Positions 37,900 through 50,554 of a stretch of 64,000 nt of DNA are shown piece by piece. Made by a program: the position numbers and the translations under genes. The stretch covers positions 8,731,181-8,795,180 of the forward strand of contig NC_057718.1 of the NCBI RefSeq assembly GCF_004010195.1. The letters run 5' to 3'. Below the pieces are notes generated by a model. That model worked only from the letters and a program-made list of their open reading frames with translations, was not told the origin of the DNA and ran no database searches. This DNA comes from Chiloscyllium plagiosum (Eukaryota). How positions within the stretch are numbered: the stretch's first letter is position 1; each line of letters starts with the position of its first letter.

Positions 37900-38107
37900 C
37901 ACCCGCTGTTTTCAGCGCATATACCACCTTTTCTGAGCAACTATCAGTTCTGAAGAAGGGTCACTGGACCCAAAACATTAACTCTGCTTTCTCTCCAAAG
38001 ACACTGCCAGATCTGCTAAGTCTCTCGAGCAATTTCCGTTGTTCTTAGGAATGAGAGGCGTCTCTCCAGGTTGGATGGTTTAAAAGATCTCAGTCACTTC
38101 AAAGCTC
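37900..38107 (+). repeat. Inverted duplicate of 37275-37480 (family 3 Penelope arm plus flank)
   Basis: Reverse-complement match including ~65 bp beyond the element; core agttCTGAAGAAGGGTCactgGACCCaAAACaTTaact. Confidence 0.8.
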
Positions 38108-38114
38108 AATCTAG

Positions 38115-38263
38115 AAGGACATTTAAGCGACTGCTGGACAAGCACATGGATGGCAGTAAATGGAGGAGCGTGTGGGTTAGGTTGATCTTAGATTAAGATA
38201 AATGCTCAGCACAACATTGTGGGCCGAAGGACCTGTACTGTGCTGTACTGTTCTATGTCCTAT
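38115..38263 (+). mobile_element. CR1 3' terminal fragment
   Basis: acatttaagcgactgctggacaagcacatgg..gggccgaagg..tgttctatgt tail. Confidence 0.75.
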
Positions 38264-39277
38264 CCCTAAGCGTGCCAGCAATCTAAGGGTTAATGCCACC
38301 ACCAAAGGAACGAGCCAGTGGTTTAGTGCATCAGCCAGATCTGACCATTAAAAGACAGCATCCTTCCAGAAGTATCCCTGCGTTGGTAGTTGCAGTAGTA
38401 CACTGAGGGTCCAGGGGCAATGTTACACATTCTGAAGTGAAATAAAAACATACAACAGCCATGAGCCTATCTGGGGGAAATTTGGCTCATGGTTTTAACC
38501 TACCCCCCCTCCCCCCTCCCTCTCACATGTGGCCCAGGCATCTGTCAGTTCAATCTCTATCTCAATGGTCAGACTCGCAATTTTACATATTACTCCAGGG
38601 TAACCCTTCAGTAGCGAGTATGCTTGGAAGCTATAATGTAAATCATTGTGTTTCTGGACTGGTTAAATCAGAAATCTGGGTTAATTCACCATGAGCACTT
38701 TGAGAATTTGAATGCAATTTAATGAAATCTGGATTTTTTTTTTTAAAAATCTGGTGTCAATAAAGGTCAACATGAAAATGTTGTTTCAACCAGTTCATTA
38801 TCTTCACTGAGGGCACACCTCCCATAGTCCTTAGTCAGTACTGAAAAATGTAGTGACAAACTAAGCTCAACATGCAGGCTTGAGGGGCTGAATAGCCTAC
38901 CTCTATTTCTTACTCATTTATTTGTATCAGTTCTAAGACTCTCTATCACTTTTTCAAGGCAACTGGAGATGGACGTTAATTGCAAACATATAAACAAGGA
39001 GCAGGAGAATCTATTAAACTCCTTCAGCCTGCTCTGTCATTTGATAAACACGATAATTGATCTGATTACTTCACATTTCTGTTTGCCCCAATAAGCTTGT
39101 TCATTAAAATCTACATACCTCAGCCTTCAAAATATCGAAAAACTCAGTTCCATTACCTTTGGAGAAGAGTTCCAATGACTCAAGATCATCAGTGAAAAGA
39201 GGTTTTCCTGATCACTGCCGGAAATAGGCGACCCCTTATTTTTAAACAATGATGCCCAGTTCCTGACCTTGACAACT

Positions 39278-39925
39278 TGGTAGTTATAGTGATTGGAATC
39301 AGATGGACCTCATTGACTACAAGGTCACTGATTGAAGTCATTAACCTGGACCAATCAGAAAAGCCTTGGCCAACCATGACAACCAGGAGAAGGGGATCTC
39401 TTGTGACTCAGTGGTAGTATCCTTACCCCAAGACCAGAAGGCCCAGGTTCAAGTCCCACCTGCTCCAGAAGTGTGTAATAATGTCTCTGAACAGGTTGAC
39501 TAGAAGAATAGATCCTCCAGAGGGAAAGAAATATTACCAGGAGAAAAAAAAATGAACAAAAATCAGGAGATGCAGAAGATTTAGAATTTCCTCAGTTCAG
39601 GCGACTGACTCTGAGCTGTCTGATCACAGCCAGTATACTGTGTACTAACAAATAAAGGGTGATTTGATGATGGGATTCTGTCCTCTGTGCAGTTAATTCA
39701 ATAGCAACGACAGTGGGATGAGGAGTCCCAGAAGTACACTACAATTAATACCTGTTAGTGTTTATATCAATATACAAGACTACCAAAACAAAATGACCAA
39801 GAGATTAAAATCTCCTCAGTTGAGGACTGACTCCATGCTGGCTGGCCACACCAGTGTAGTGTGCACAAGTAAATTAAGGGTGCCTTGGTGATGGACCCAG
39901 TTTCTGTGCACATACTTCAGTAGCA
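39278..39925 (+). mobile_element. Degenerate LTR (same family as 19228) plus a second LTR 3' half; SINE inserted at 39398
   Basis: ggacctcat..ctgattg..ccaatcag and aataaagggtgatttgatgatggg..ctctgtg..ttaattca; 3' half repeated at ~39810-39920. Confidence 0.5.
39398..39510 (+). mobile_element. Short tRNA-derived SINE, type C
   Basis: A-box-like tgactcagtgg, B-box ggttcaagtcc, 3' ctgaacaggttga. Confidence 0.65.
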
Positions 39926-40007
39926 ATACTTACATCTTCACAGTTCATCTTTCACAAGATAGTCAACTGAAGCGCCACTGTCTGTTTCATTGGCTCATAT
40001 TAACGAC

Positions 40008-40218
40008 AAAGGAAAATCTGCAGATGTTGGAAACCAAAGTAGATAGGCAGGAGGCTGGGAGAACACAGCAAGCCAGGCAGTGTCAGGAGGTGGAGAAGTT
40101 GACATTTCAAGTGTAACCCTTCTTCAGGACTCAAGAAGGATTGATACCCGAAACGTTGACATCTCCACCTCCTGATGCTGCCTGGCTTGCTGTGTTCTTC
40201 CAGCCTCCTGCCTGTCTG
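40008..40218. mobile_element. Fold-back mini Penelope-like element (family 4)
   Basis: About 80-bp inverted arms; left arm reverse complement agtcCTGAAGAAGGGTtacACTTGAAATGTCaact; right arm ACCCGAAACGTTgaca. Confidence 0.8.
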
Positions 40219-41269
40219 TAAGTGAATTATATGGCATTGTTTAAAGACAGCTTTCAACATCCTGGCCTGCATTCCCTTATCATAAATAGATTTTTTTTCT
40301 GTTTTTTTTCAGATGCTATTTGTGTGTTTGCTGTTTGCAAAATGTTGACGTATTCATCTGTGCAAGTTGCTTCACACTAAAGTATTCAGTTACACTTGCT
40401 GATTCCAGACTAGTGCTGGAAAGTGAGACCAGAACAGACTTTGTGTATTGTTGGTGTTTCATACTCAGTAGGGTCTTTTCTGTACAGCATGATTCTATGA
40501 TTAGTGCCTTACCTACCTTTTCCCTTCTGTATTTTTAGCAGTTTTCATAAACAGGTCCGAGGACTAGCTTTCACTGATTTGATTTCCTAAAGGTGGAAAT
40601 CGCCCACAGAATGAGAGTGAGTGGAATCATGATAAGGAATCAAATTGTTCATGCAGAAACCCTCACACAGTCTGGATGCCAAGAGCCAGATCAGATAATT
40701 ACACCCTTTCCACATCCCTGTTTTATATACAACCAATCACATTAATACCTTTCCCTGAATTATAACATTGGCTGTCTCATTGTTGAAGAATTATTTACGG
40801 AGCCTGCTGTGGGAAAGAAAACATGAACCTTATTTCAGTAACATTTTACTGTGGCTTCATTTTAACATCAAACTGTAAGAAAAGATAAGATTAGATTGCA
40901 TTACTTCCCGTGTTGACGTATATTGTCTCAATAGCATCTCACAGGGTCAGAATTAACCCTTTGTGTAGCACCTGTGATTACCTCAATACAACGAGGTGAA
41001 GGCATCTCTCCAGAAAGTGCAAGCCAGGCTGGATAGAGAAATGGAGTTGATGGGTGGCATCGCCTGGGCATGGAGGCGGGAAGTATATTTAATTACATGG
41101 GATGGTGATGAGCCAAGCCCCGGTTATGAATCCACTTTTGCCAAAATTAAGTCCTGGGCAGGAAAGTCCATGTTCCATTTTTCAACCTCAGTTGAGGCCC
41201 TCATTCATGAGTTCTTGAGGAATTCATCTCCAGCCCTATCTCCGCAACCCTCGAATACCATACACTGGG

Positions 41270-41655
41270 ACCTTTCTCCCTGGAGTGTAGGAGGTTGAGG
41301 GGTGACTTTTTAGAGGTTTATAAAATCATGAGAGGTATAGATAGGGTTAATGGGAGGTGTTTTCCCCCCTAGAGTGGGAGATTTCAAGACCCTATCTACT
41401 GTTTAAGGTAAGAGGTCAGAGATTTCAAAAAGACATGAGGGGGCAATTTTTTTTACACAGAGTGATTTGCCTGTGGAATAAATTTCCTGAGGAAGTGGTG
41501 GATGTGGATACAGTTACATTTAAAAGAAATTTGGATAAGTACATAAATAGGAATGGTTTGGAGGGATATAGACCAGAGGCAAGCAGGTGCGACCAGTTTG
41601 GTTTCGGAACATTTGAGCACTGACTAGGTGTGTTTCTGTGCTGTATGACTCTGTA
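41270..41655 (+). mobile_element. CR1 3' fragment
   Basis: FKVRGQRFQKDMRGQFFLHRVICLWNKFPEEVV; tgactct tail. Confidence 0.88.
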
Positions 41656-42319
41656 TAAGCAGCTCTGTTTTGAAGCCTTGTACAGAATTCACCTCCATCA
41701 TTCTCTCAGGCTGCCAGACACACGGATCCGTTGAATGTTCTGACCTCTGTGCATCAGATTTCCAGCATTCGCAGGGCAATGTGTCCAGTGCAATTGTTGC
41801 CTTGCCTCTGCAGATAGTGCGCGTTAATGGAAGGAGGGTGCGAGCTGGAATTTAATCATACTAGTCAGCAATGGGACTTGCACATCATTATTACATTGCC
41901 GGAGTGATTTGCAGTGTTGGACAGTCACTAGATCTCCATTAAGGACGATCAGCAATTATCTCTTCCAGTGTTGCTGTCAATCACAAGAAGGGAAAGTTGT
42001 ATACTGTGTCACAGTGAGTTTTGATTGGAACAGGATTTCAGTTTGAACAAAGAGACAGTTCATTAGAGGTGAAATAAAATTGAGTGTCTCGTGGCCTGGG
42101 GGATTTTTTTTTTATTATCTTTTCTTGTGATGTGATACTTTTCTTCATTAAAGTGAGCGATGGAATTGCGTTCTTCAGAGTCATCTTTTATTGAACGACA
42201 ACCTTAGAGACGTCAGAAAGCTGACGGTATTAAGGACTTAAACAGTAATTTGGCTGAATATAGCCACATTGAAAGAAATGACAAACCTGAGGCCATTCCA
42301 TCTCCTTTCACACCACACT

Positions 42320-42540
42320 CAGTATTTTTCTGGGACACTGGGCCCAACATGAGAGACTCTCGAAATGATGCATCTGCACACATCCTTGTGGCTCCCCAAG
42401 TGAGAAACGGCACCCTCAACACTGCAGAAATCCCTCAGCTCTGTACTGCACTGGCAGTGTCCATCCAGATTGTGTGCACTGGTTTCGAGAGTGAACCTGA
42501 GACCCCACAGTGTGCAATGGCTGGACACTACACAGCGCTA
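42320..42540 (-). mobile_element. Degenerate Deu-domain SINE (SacSINE1/AmnSINE1-like)
   Basis: Partial reverse match to 62690-62900. Confidence 0.4.
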
Positions 42541-42599
42541 ACCAAAAGACTGGCCAAGAGGGGAGATCAATTTACAGAAGAAAGTCTATAAGAATCCAC

Positions 42600-43188
42600 T
42601 GCCATGCCGCTATACAGGACATTGATCAGGTTCTTTTGCAATACTGTATACAATTCCGATCGTCCTTCTATAGGACAGATGTTGTTAAACTTGAGAGAAT
42701 GCAGTAACAATTTACAAGGATGTTGCCAGGGTTGGAGGGTTTGAGCTGGATACGCTGGGGGCTTTTTCCCTGGAGCATCAGAGGCTGAGGGGGTGACCTT
42801 ACAGAGGTTTATAAAATCATCAGGGGCATGGATAGCCAAGGTCTTTTTCCCATGGTAGGGGGAGTCCAAAACTAGAAGCCATAGGTTTAAGATGAGAGGG
42901 GAAAGGTTTAAAAGGGACCTGAGGGGTAATCTTTTCATGCAGAGGACGGTATGTGTATGGAATGAACTGCCAGAGGAAGTGGTGGAGGCTGGTAAAATAA
43001 CAACATTTAAAAGGCATCTGAATGGACTTGAATAGGAAGGGTTTAGAGGGATATGGGCCAAATGCTGGCAAGTGGGACTAGGTCAGATTGGGATATCTGA
43101 AATGGGGTTAGGTCAGATTGGAATGGTTGGTGCAGGTGAGTTGGACGAAAGGGTTTGTTTTTGTGCTGTATGACTCTATGACTGTATG
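42600..43188 (+). mobile_element. CR1 (HER1-type) 3' fragment
   Basis: LQYCIQFRSSFYRTDVVKLERMQ; (ctatgact)n tail. Confidence 0.9.
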
Positions 43189-43232
43189 ATTTCAACCAGT
43201 TTGCTCCAGTTAACGCATAGTCAATTCAAGTT

Positions 43233-43305
43233 ATGTCGCTCCGAAAGCTAGTGTGCTTCCAATTAAACCTGTTGGACTATAAACTGGTATTGTGTGATTT
43301 TTAAC
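43233..43305 (+). mobile_element. Mini Penelope-like fragment (family 2)
   Basis: cgctccGAAAGCTAgtg..; 12-bp TSD tcaattcaagtt (43221-43232 / 43306-43317). Confidence 0.8.
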
Positions 43306-43927
43306 TCAATTCAAGTTGTTCTCTTCAATTGAACAGCATCACTGCCATTGACAAGGAATCAGCAAGTCTCCTAGCCTTCTGGTTCCCACATAGCAAACAC
43401 TGCCTTCAAATCATGGCCAGTCTGTTAACCATGGTTTTGAGGGGAGTGGAGCTGGTAAATGTTCTTATCGAGAGACAGACAGGTTGCAGATCTCCAGCTG
43501 CTTGGAGGAGATAGGCACATGAGATTCTTTTGCAGTAACATGAGGGCCCGTGCACCCTAATCCACATTCAGGGGACTGATCCAGCAAACAAGGATCACGT
43601 ACCAATGACTTCCTGAGCCTCAGACGACATGCAGGGAAATGCAAAGGGAATCAGGCAAACAGCAGAACAACCAATACCAGCTGCATAAGGTTTCTCAAGG
43701 TTAGGGTTTTTTTAAGCACCTTAAATGATGTGCATGATATGGACATGTGCACCCTCCTGAAACCAATTCACTTATTAATTCTTGAATGATTATTTACTAC
43801 ACACAGTAATTAAAGAAGAAAAATAAGATATTTTTAAATAATTATTAAGCTACACAGTCAGGCAGAAGGCCTTAATTCCAAATAAATGATGATGCAGTCA
43901 TTCACAGAAGCTAAATTCAATCTGATA

Positions 43928-44120
43928 AAGTCAGGTGGCACCAGGTTATAGTCCAACAGATTTATTTAAAACCGTAAGCTTTTGGAGCGCAGCCCCTTCA
44001 TCAGATGAAGTCACTCCACCCAATGAAGGAGCAGCCCTCTGAAAGCTTATGATTTAAATAAACCTGCTGGACTAATACTTGACTTCTGACTTTGTCCACC
44101 CCAGTCGAACATCATGGCTA
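43928..44120. mobile_element. Fold-back mini Penelope-like element (family 2-related)
   Basis: Inverted arms; cores ctgatgaaggggctgcgctccaaaagctt and atgaaggagcagccctctgaaagctt; 10-bp TSD caatctgata (43918-43927 / 44121-44130). Confidence 0.75.
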
Positions 44121-44255
44121 CAATCTGATAGTGATTGAGATGCTTAACAGGAAAGTGGCCATAACTGGTGCTATCACTGCATTGGGAGTAACGGAGGATT
44201 TATGGCACAGAATTTAGTCATGGTCCATGAGGGTTCAGAGGTGTTTGTTACTGGT

Positions 44256-44296
<41 letters not shown>
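44256..44296. repeat. (GA)n microsatellite
   Basis: Direct inspection. Confidence 0.95.
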
Positions 44297-44807
44297 CGTG
44301 GTTATAAAGGGGCACCACTTTGGGTTCAAAATGGGGAATACAAGGAGGGAGACCCCCATTAACTACCACCGCTGGAATGGGGATTGACACTAATTCACAT
44401 CATCTTTAAGCCATCTAGGTGACTAAGTTAGGAAAGTCGACTGAGAAATTGATGATTCCTGACTGACCTGAGTGCAGCATACCTGCCAGCATTGACTTTG
44501 TTGGGCTGAATTGATCCTTATGGTTTCTGAGGTTCTAGCTTTCTGAGAAATACATGCGTCAGAGAAAGAATAAACTTTCATTTACTCTGCACTACAATTG
44601 ATCTCTGCGTCTTCTCCATTTCACTAAAAACCTGACCAAATCTCATTAAGATTGGATAAATACATTAACGTTTTGGAAAATAATTCAAAGTCAATCCTAA
44701 CTCCTTTTGACTGCTCGGTCTTAGCTTGACAAGGTAAGGGTCTCATCTTTCAACTGAACATGAGGAAACTAAAATGAATGAGTCATTTAAACCAGCACAG
44801 CTTACAT

Positions 44808-45570
44808 TATCAGTTAGATAAATGCAAGGTACTGCATTTTGGAAAGGCAAATCTTAGCAGGACTTATACACTTAATGGTAAGGTCCTAGGTAGTTTTGCC
44901 GAACGAAGAGACCTTAGAGTGCAGGTTCATAGCTCCTTGAAAGTAGAGTCGCAGGTAGATAGGATAGTTAAGAAGGGATTTGGTATGCTTTCCTTTATTG
45001 GTCAGAGAATTGACTATAGGAGTTGGGAGACCACGTTGTGGCTGTACAGGACATTGGTTAGGCCACTGTTGGAATACTGCATTCAATTCAGGTCTCCTTG
45101 CTATTGAAAGATGTTGGGAAACTTGAAAAGGTTTAGAAAAGATTTACAAGGATGTTGCCAGGGTTGGAGGATTTGAATTTAAGGGAGAGGTTGAATAGGC
45201 TGGGCTGTTTTCCCTAGAGCTTTGGAGGCTGAGGGTGATCTTTTAGAGGTTTATAAAATCATGAGGGGCAAGGCTAGGGTGAATATCCCCAGAGTAGGGG
45301 AGTCGAGGACTAGAGGGCATAGGTGAGAGGGAAAAGATTTAAAAGGGGCAACCTTTTCACACAGAGGGTGGTGCATGTATGGAATGAGCTGCCAGAGGAA
45401 ATGGTGGAGGCTGGTACAATTACAACATTTAAAAGGCAACTGGATGGATATATGAATAGGAAGGATTTAGAGGGATATGGGCCGAGTACTGGCAGGTGGG
45501 ACTAGATTGGGTTGGGATATCTGGTCAGCATGGACGAGTTGGACTGAAGAGTCTGTTTCTCTGCTGTACT
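44808..45570 (+). mobile_element. CR1 (HER1-type) 3' fragment
   Basis: KCKVLHFGKAN...LYRTLVRPLLEYCIQFRSP; FTQRVVHVWNELP. Confidence 0.92.
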
Positions 45571-45587
45571 CAGTATGGGACTGGTCG

Positions 45588-46143
45588 AATAGAATAGCTT
45601 TTATTGTCATGTACACTTGATAAGTGCAACGAAATGTTTGTAATGTCACTTATTGGTGTCATCTTAGGTACAGGGTACCCAGGTATAGATACTTTCAGTG
45701 TTGTTACAGAATTGAAATAATAAATAAAAATAGACTAGCTTGAGAATTCAGAGTTTAAAGAGTTCAGACTAAAAATAAAAAGTGTTTTTAAAGTACTCAC
45801 GTTCTAGTCCTTTTCCACTGAGACTGTGCCTGCAGGGCTTCAGAACATGAGGCCTCGCCGGCTCCACAAACTGGCCACTGTCCCAGACTCAGCTCCAAGA
45901 TTTATCCACCCAGCCAGCCCACCCTCACGCTGCACCCCACTCCAGGCTCTGGTCATTACTCACTTGCCACGCTGGCCCGCTCTGTTCTCCACTCCCTCCA
46001 GGTAGGATAGTTTAAGAAGTTAAAAGTTAGTGGGGGGGGTGGGGGAAGAAAAACTGCAGCAAAGAGGGAGAAATGAAGAAAAGAAAAGGAACTGTCAAGC
46101 TGAGGAACTCCGGCTGTAACATCCTACCTTGCTGCCATCTTGA
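45588..46143 (-). mobile_element. Non-coding element with Rex1-like 3' tail
   Basis: Reverse complement ends tgcacttatcaagtgtacatgacaataaaagctattctatt; putative 5' end caagatggcagc. Confidence 0.4.
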
Positions 46144-47305
46144 ATTCAAGTGTGAATTAATCTTTACATTTCTGCCATTGCTATGAATTACCATTTATTT
46201 ATTGTAATGAGTCCAGCAATCTTCTTGCTGCCCAGTGCAATGATATTCTGCAAATGGCAAATGTTAGTTTTCTTCCAATCTTCATTTCAACTGTTAAATG
46301 TCGCTATCACAGGCCATTTAGGTTGTTCGAAACTAACTCAACTCACTGAAAATAGATGATTCCTTTCATCTTTGAGATTTTCCCTATATTTCCGTGACTC
46401 GTTATTGCCAATTATGATGGTGAAACACCAATGGATCAGTTTGAAATTGTTTGAACACTCTGAGAACTCATGAAGTGTTCTTGATACATGAGTCTCTGCA
46501 GCCCTAGATGTTGAAGGATCGCACTAAGATTCAAAGCATCTCTCTCTGCCTCACAGCGAACATTAAGTAATGTTGTGTTAAATAGACTCACCAGTAGTCA
46601 TTAAATTATGGTCAGCTGCCCCAGTAGCATTTACCAGTTCCGAATTTTTCACTCAAGTCAGGGAAAAGAAAACGTGCAGTAATTCTACTCGCTAAATTAT
46701 CCTTTTAAAAGAAGCATATTCGAAAGTCTACATCCGAGGAGCAGGAGAGTCCACGTTTCAGGCATAAGCCACTCATTATCCCGACTTGGAATTACATCAC
46801 TGTTCCTTCACTGTCACTGTTTCACAATCCTGCAACTCCCCACCCCAATCCCCTCCCCAGTATTGTGGGAATACCGACACTACATGGAGTCTACCACCAC
46901 CAACTCCAGTGCAATAAATACTTGCCCAGCCAGTGATGTGCATGTCTCATGAGTGAATGAGAAAAATAGAATTCTGAAGCTTGGTGTTGATGCAGATACC
47001 TCTGATACCTCTTCCAGCCTTATAACTAACTTTTGAAGAACTTGCTATCCCTCTAGTTCTGCTTTCCACTATTGACAGTTGCAGTTTCAGTAGCCAAGAC
47101 TCTAATTTCTAGAATCCCTGATTTCAGTTTGCCCATCTCACTTTCCTCCTCTTAGATGCCCCTTCAAGAATCACACATTTTGCCACTGGCCCTAAAATTT
47201 CTGCCTTTGACTCTGTGTTAACTTTTACAAAGTATTACTAATTACCACACAGAAACAAGCCATTCTGTATCACTGTTTAAGTTCTTGCCTCTCACCCCTC
47301 TGTCA

Positions 47306-47622
47306 GGGTGGCACAGTGGCTCAGTGGTTGGAACTGCTCCCTCACAGCACTGAGGACCTGGATATGATTCCACCCTAGGGCAACTGTCTCCATGGAGTTT
47401 GCACATTCTCCCTGGTTTCCTCTGGGAACTCCAGTTTCCTCCCACAGTCCAAAGATGTGCAGGCTCGGTGGTTTGGTTGTGCTAAATCGCCCATAATGTT
47501 CAGGGATGTGCAGGCTGGGTGGAATAGCCATAGGAAATGTAGGGTTACAGGGGAGTGGGTTGTACTTCAGAGGGTCGGTGAGGACTCGATGGGCTGAATG
47601 GCCTGCTTCTACACCTCTATGA
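47306..47622 (+). mobile_element. HE1-type SINE
   Basis: gggtggcacagtggctcagtgg head, core and tail. Confidence 0.9.
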
Positions 47623-48349
47623 TCATCTTTTCCCGAACATGATTCCTTTCATCCCTTTTCTCCCTTGTGCTGGCAAACGTCCTCTCAAATCCACCTTGGT
47701 CTTATCAAGCATCGTAGATGAATTTGCAAGGTTAACAGTGTTATATAAATACCAGCTGTGTGTTGCTGTACTATTCTCTTCCAATCATGGAAAGTATCAG
47801 TCCACTGAAGAGGATGGGGGCAACGTTAAATGTTGCATTGTAGAGTTGCCAGTCAACCTCAGCACTTCCTCCTGTTAATGGGAAAACAGATGATGGACCA
47901 TTAGATTTACGGGGCCAACGTGAGTCACGTGGTAAATGTGAAAGGAGGTAGCTGGGGCCCAGAGAAATGATGAATAGAGGGTTAGTGCTAATAAATATGA
48001 ATGGAGCCTGTGAGATGCCCATGGCTCTGCAGATTAATTAACATTTATCGCTGCTGTAAAGCTGCTCACCAGCAATTTCAGGATTTTTAACATTGCCCAC
48101 AGTGCTGGAATTTGATTGAGCAAATGTCAGAGTATGAAACTGGCAGCAATATAAAACAGAAAGTCCTGCAACTTTTGTACTCCAAAGAAGAGTCACATTG
48201 GACTCCAGCCTTGGTGAGACTGCAGCTGGAGTATTATGAACTTGTCCCTTTGTCTCAGGGAAGAACAAACCTGCCATAGAGAGAGTGTGGCAAAGGTTCA
48301 CCAGCGTGATCCTGGGAGGGCAGGGCAGCAGTTGAGGAGAATGGGCCTA

Positions 48350-49120
48350 GACTGCTACCTGCCCCTTGTCAGCCCAAACTTGGATATTGTCCAGGTCTTG
48401 CCACATGTGGGCATGGGCCCCAGTATCTGAGGAGTTGTGAATGGCGCTGAAATCAAATTGCGTGTCACTGAGCAGGTTATTGCTGAGTGGGTGCTGCTTG
48501 ACAGCACAGTTAATGATCCCTTCCATCACTTTATTGATGATCAAGAATAGACTGTTGGGCAGTCATTGGCTGGGTTGGATTTGTCCTGCTTTTTTTAATG
48601 TGCAGGACATATCTGGACAATTTTCCGTATTATCAAGTAGATCTAGTGTTGTAGCTGTGCTGGAATAGCTTGGCCAGGGGAGTGGCAAGTGCTGGAGCAC
48701 AGGTCTTCAGTACGATTGCCAGAAATTTGTCAGGCTCTTTAGCATTTGAGCAGCCACTCCTTTCATTCATTTCTTGATATCACATGGAGTACATTGAATT
48801 GGCTAAACGCTGGTATTTGCGATGCTGGGGACCCCTAATGGAGTTCGAGATGGTCCAACCATTTGGCCCTTCCGACTGATGGTTGCTGGAAATATTTCAG
48901 CTTCATTTTTTGCACTGATGTGCTGAGCTCCCCCTCTCATTGAGGCTGGAGATATTTGTGGAGCCTTTTCCTTCAGTGAGTTGTTTAATTATCAACCTCC
49001 ACTCACGGCTGGTTGCGTCTGAACTGCAGAGCTTCGATCTGACCTGTTGGCTATGGAATCACATAGCTCAATCTATTACTTGCTGCTTATGCTGTTTGGT
49101 ATGCAAGTCGTCCTGTGTCA
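48350..49120 (-). mobile_element. Old L2/Crack-like LINE fragment
   Basis: Collinear with 26890-27790; KVMEGIINCAVKQHPLSNNLLSDTQFDF. Confidence 0.75.
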
Positions 49121-49782
49121 TTTCCTTATCTTTTTCTCCTGGCCTTGTAAGAGTTGCTTCCATTCTTGAAGGAGAAAGATCGTCAAATATGAGGGAATGA
49201 GAGGATGAGGAGCTATCACTTTCTGTGAAGGATTAAACATGCCCAGGAAACGAAGACCCTCTTATTTGCTCAGGGACGTTCATATTAAGGTGGAGAGAAA
49301 CCACTGGCAGAAAACTCAAACCAAACCCAAAATTGTAAAAAATTCAAGATGCTGTATCCATTATTCATCAACAACGTGATCGAGATGTATATTTTACCAC
49401 TTACTCCTGATTGTATGATGGGTAGGGAAAACATGGTGCCTTGTGCTTTTTCATTCTCTACTCAAATGTACATAACTCTGAAAGGTTGAGAATGTTGAAA
49501 TGATGTAAGGTTGTTTTCCAACTGAGTTTCTAACTTAGCAAGCGCTGAAGGAACTGTTTTGTTTTAAAAGATAACATTTCAAACTGATATTTTCATTAAA
49601 TTGGCAGGTTCGGTCTGTGAGTCGGCTTAGAATTCAATTTCCAAACGTTACAACAATATGTTCAGCAATGTTATCGCACACCTCTAGAGCTGGTGCGACT
49701 TGAACCAGGGTCTCCTCATGTAGAGCTGAAAATGTGTTGCTGGAAAAGCACAGCAGGTCAGGCAGCATCCAAGGAACAGGAG

Positions 49783-49818
49783 AATCGACGTTTCGGGCAT
49801 AAGCCCTTCTTCAGGAAT
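49783..49818 (-). ncRNA. Minimal hammerhead ribozyme motif, core intact
   Basis: Reverse complement attc-CTGAAGA-A-GGGC-ttat-GCCC-GAAAC-GTC-gatt. Confidence 0.65.
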
Positions 49819-49900
49819 GAGGAAAGTGTGCCCAGCAGGCTAAGATAAAAGGTAGGGAGGAGGGATTTGGGGGAGGGGCGTTGGAAATGCGATAGGTGGA

Positions 49901-50498
49901 NNNNNNNNNNNNNNNNNNNNNNNNNNNNNNNNNNNNNNNNNNNNNNNNNNNNNNNNNNNNNNNNNNNNNNNNNNNNNNNNNNNNNNNNNNNNNNNNNNNN
50001 NNNNNNNNNNNNNNNNNNNNNNNNNNNNNNNNNNNNNNNNNNNNNNNNNNNNNNNNNNNNNNNNNNNNNNNNNNNNNNNNNNNNNNNNNNNNNNNNNNNN
50101 NNNNNNNNNNNNNNNNNNNNNNNNNNNNNNNNNNNNNNNNNNNNNNNNNNNNNNNNNNNNNNNNNNNNNNNNNNNNNNNNNNNNNNNNNNNNNNNNNNNN
50201 NNNNNNNNNNNNNNNNNNNNNNNNNNNNNNNNNNNNNNNNNNNNNNNNNNNNNNNNNNNNNNNNNNNNNNNNNNNNNNNNNNNNNNNNNNNNNNNNNNNN
50301 NNNNNNNNNNNNNNNNNNNNNNNNNNNNNNNNNNNNNNNNNNNNNNNNNNNNNNNNNNNNNNNNNNNNNNNNNNNNNNNNNNNNNNNNNNNNNNNNNNNN
50401 NNNNNNNNNNNNNNNNNNNNNNNNNNNNNNNNNNNNNNNNNNNNNNNNNNNNNNNNNNNNNNNNNNNNNNNNNNNNNNNNNNNNNNNNNNNNNNNNNN
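49901..50498. other. Assembly gap
   Basis: Run of N. Confidence 1.
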
Positions 50499-50518
50499 CT
50501 GCTGGGCACACTTTCCTC

Positions 50519-50554
50519 ATTCCTGAAGAAGGGCTTATGCCCGAAACGTCGATT
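50519..50554 (+). ncRNA. Minimal hammerhead ribozyme motif, core intact
   Basis: attc-CTGAAGA-A-GGGC-ttat-GCCC-GAAAC-GTC-gatt. Confidence 0.65.

Noticed and set aside
40290..40400. Strong splice-acceptor-like tract (tttttttcag) as a host exon start
   Set aside because: Two frames stop within 70 nt, the third has no recognisable protein similarity, and there is no clear donor; a non-coding exon cannot be excluded
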